A stretch of DNA of 64,000 bases from contig RSEE01000021.1 of the NCBI GenBank assembly GCA_003971905.1, positions 310,001 through 374,000 on the forward strand, written 5' to 3'. The stretch comes from Moniliella sp. 'wahieum' (lineage: Eukaryota). The notes under the pieces were generated by a model. That model had not been told where the DNA came from and did no database searches. It worked only from the letters and a program-made list of their open reading frames with translations. Shown piece after piece: positions 63,040 through 64,000 of the stretch. The position numbers and the translations under genes are program-made. The first letter of the stretch is position 1, and each line of letters starts with the position of its first letter.

Positions 63040-64000
63040 ATGCGGCCATCCAATGCCCATCCTCCGCCCGTGCCGGCCTCTTTGCCCGCCGCGTCGGCTG
63101 CGCCTTTGTCCGTCTCGCGTCGCCTCGCCTCCTTTCTCCTCCCCGCCGCCATCTTCCCCCCCCGACGCCATGGCCCATCCCGCCCTCATGACCTGGGCGC
63201 CCCCCGCCGCTCCCGCCCCTGTGGCGTATGCGCCCCCGCCCCCATCCGCCGTCTCTGCCCCGCCCCCGCGCCGAGGACGCCCCCGCGGTCGGCATCAACA
63301 GCGGCCAAGACGACGACACGAGCCAAGCGCAAGCCCGCTTCGTCCCGCACCCCCCAAGCCACGGGCCTGCCCGCCCCCTTTCCCCCCGTGCCCATGCCTG
63401 TGGGCGAGGTACTGAATGCGTTGGCTGGCGCGGTCGCCATGACCGCATCCGTACTCACCGTGCCCCCCCAGCTGCGCCAGTTGTCTCCCCTCTGACCGAA
63501 CTCGATGAGGCGGGGGCGGAGGAGCTGACCCGCTCCAAGCCTGGCCGCAAACCACTGAACGATGTACCGGCTACCCGACGCACCGCACAGAATCGTGCTT
63601 CGCAGCGCGCCTTTCGTGAACGCCGCCAAGCGCATCTTGCCGATCTAGAGGGGAAGGTGAAGCGGTACGAAGCGGAACGTGGAGCGATTGCTTCGCAGCT
63701 TTCCATCCTAGCTCAGCGCGTGAGGGAGGAAACTCCACGGGTGTATGCGTTGGAAACGGCCCTTGTGGCTCGCGACCAAGAAATTTCGCATTGGCAAGCT
63801 CGGTGCACCGACTTGAGTCGGGCCTTGGATGCGGTTCAGGCGGCGGTACGCAACTCGATGCCAGACAAGCCCCCGGTCGCCTCCAGCGAAACCCAGGCCA
63901 GTCTCTCGGCCCTCGGCACCTCCGCGCCGCTCCCTCGAGACGGTCACCACCCCCACGGCTTCATCCACCACCCTGTCCCCCTCGCCGCCTGGGCCGAAGC
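63040..64000 (+). CDS. bZIP transcription factor (Yap/AP-1-type basic region), truncated by window end
   Basis: RRTAQNRASQRAFRERRQAHLADLEGKVKRYE at ~63575-63675 followed by a heptad zipper; start uncertain. Confidence 0.85.

Noticed and set aside
137..63971. Hundreds of long overlapping or antisense ORFs in the ORF track
   Set aside because: Expected shadows of GC-rich coding sequence with alternative starts allowed; they are Arg/Pro/Gly-rich with no motifs.
1..64000. Frameshifts in nearly all genes read as mass pseudogenisation, programmed frameshifting or RNA editing
   Set aside because: They are isolated 1-nt indels, often in short runs, and hit essential genes (CCT7, SAR1) and even the two LTRs while protein sequence stays conserved. 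This is typical of unpolished long-read consensus.

Overview
GC-rich fungal nuclear DNA. The GT-AG introns with CTRAC branch points and the protein style suggest a basidiomycete, probably Ustilaginomycotina-like (inference). The assembly appears unpolished: almost every gene, including CCT7 and SAR1, carries scattered 1-nt indels, so frameshifts alone are not evidence of pseudogenes and exact gene ends are approximate. Recognisable genes, in order: Pho80/Pcl-type cyclin, formate dehydrogenase, PP2C (Ptc1-like), a large orphan membrane/disordered protein with internal duplications, a LAMMER-like pseudokinase, tRNA-Val(AAC), a complete young Ty1/copia LTR retrotransposon (22344-27596, GTGGA TSD), Avt3/4-like transporter, SAR1, SGT1, ARO7, a purine-cytosine permease, tRNA-Asp(GTC), CCT7, FAB1, MTAP, IFA38, a secreted protein, a decayed RPB3 copy, a divergent RPN10, a cytochrome b2-like oxidoreductase ending in SKL, a GH128 glucanase and a truncated bZIP. 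Three signals stand out. (1) A pervasive non-coding motif defined by symmetry, TCA-[any 4-bp palindrome]-TCA, at 28 loci with 11 different spacers, versus about 2 expected by chance. (2) The copia element has a non-Met anticodon-arm-type primer site and an in-frame UAG between gag and protease. (3) Several degenerate or fast-evolving copies of core genes (pseudokinase, RPB3, RPN10) lie in two accessory islands.
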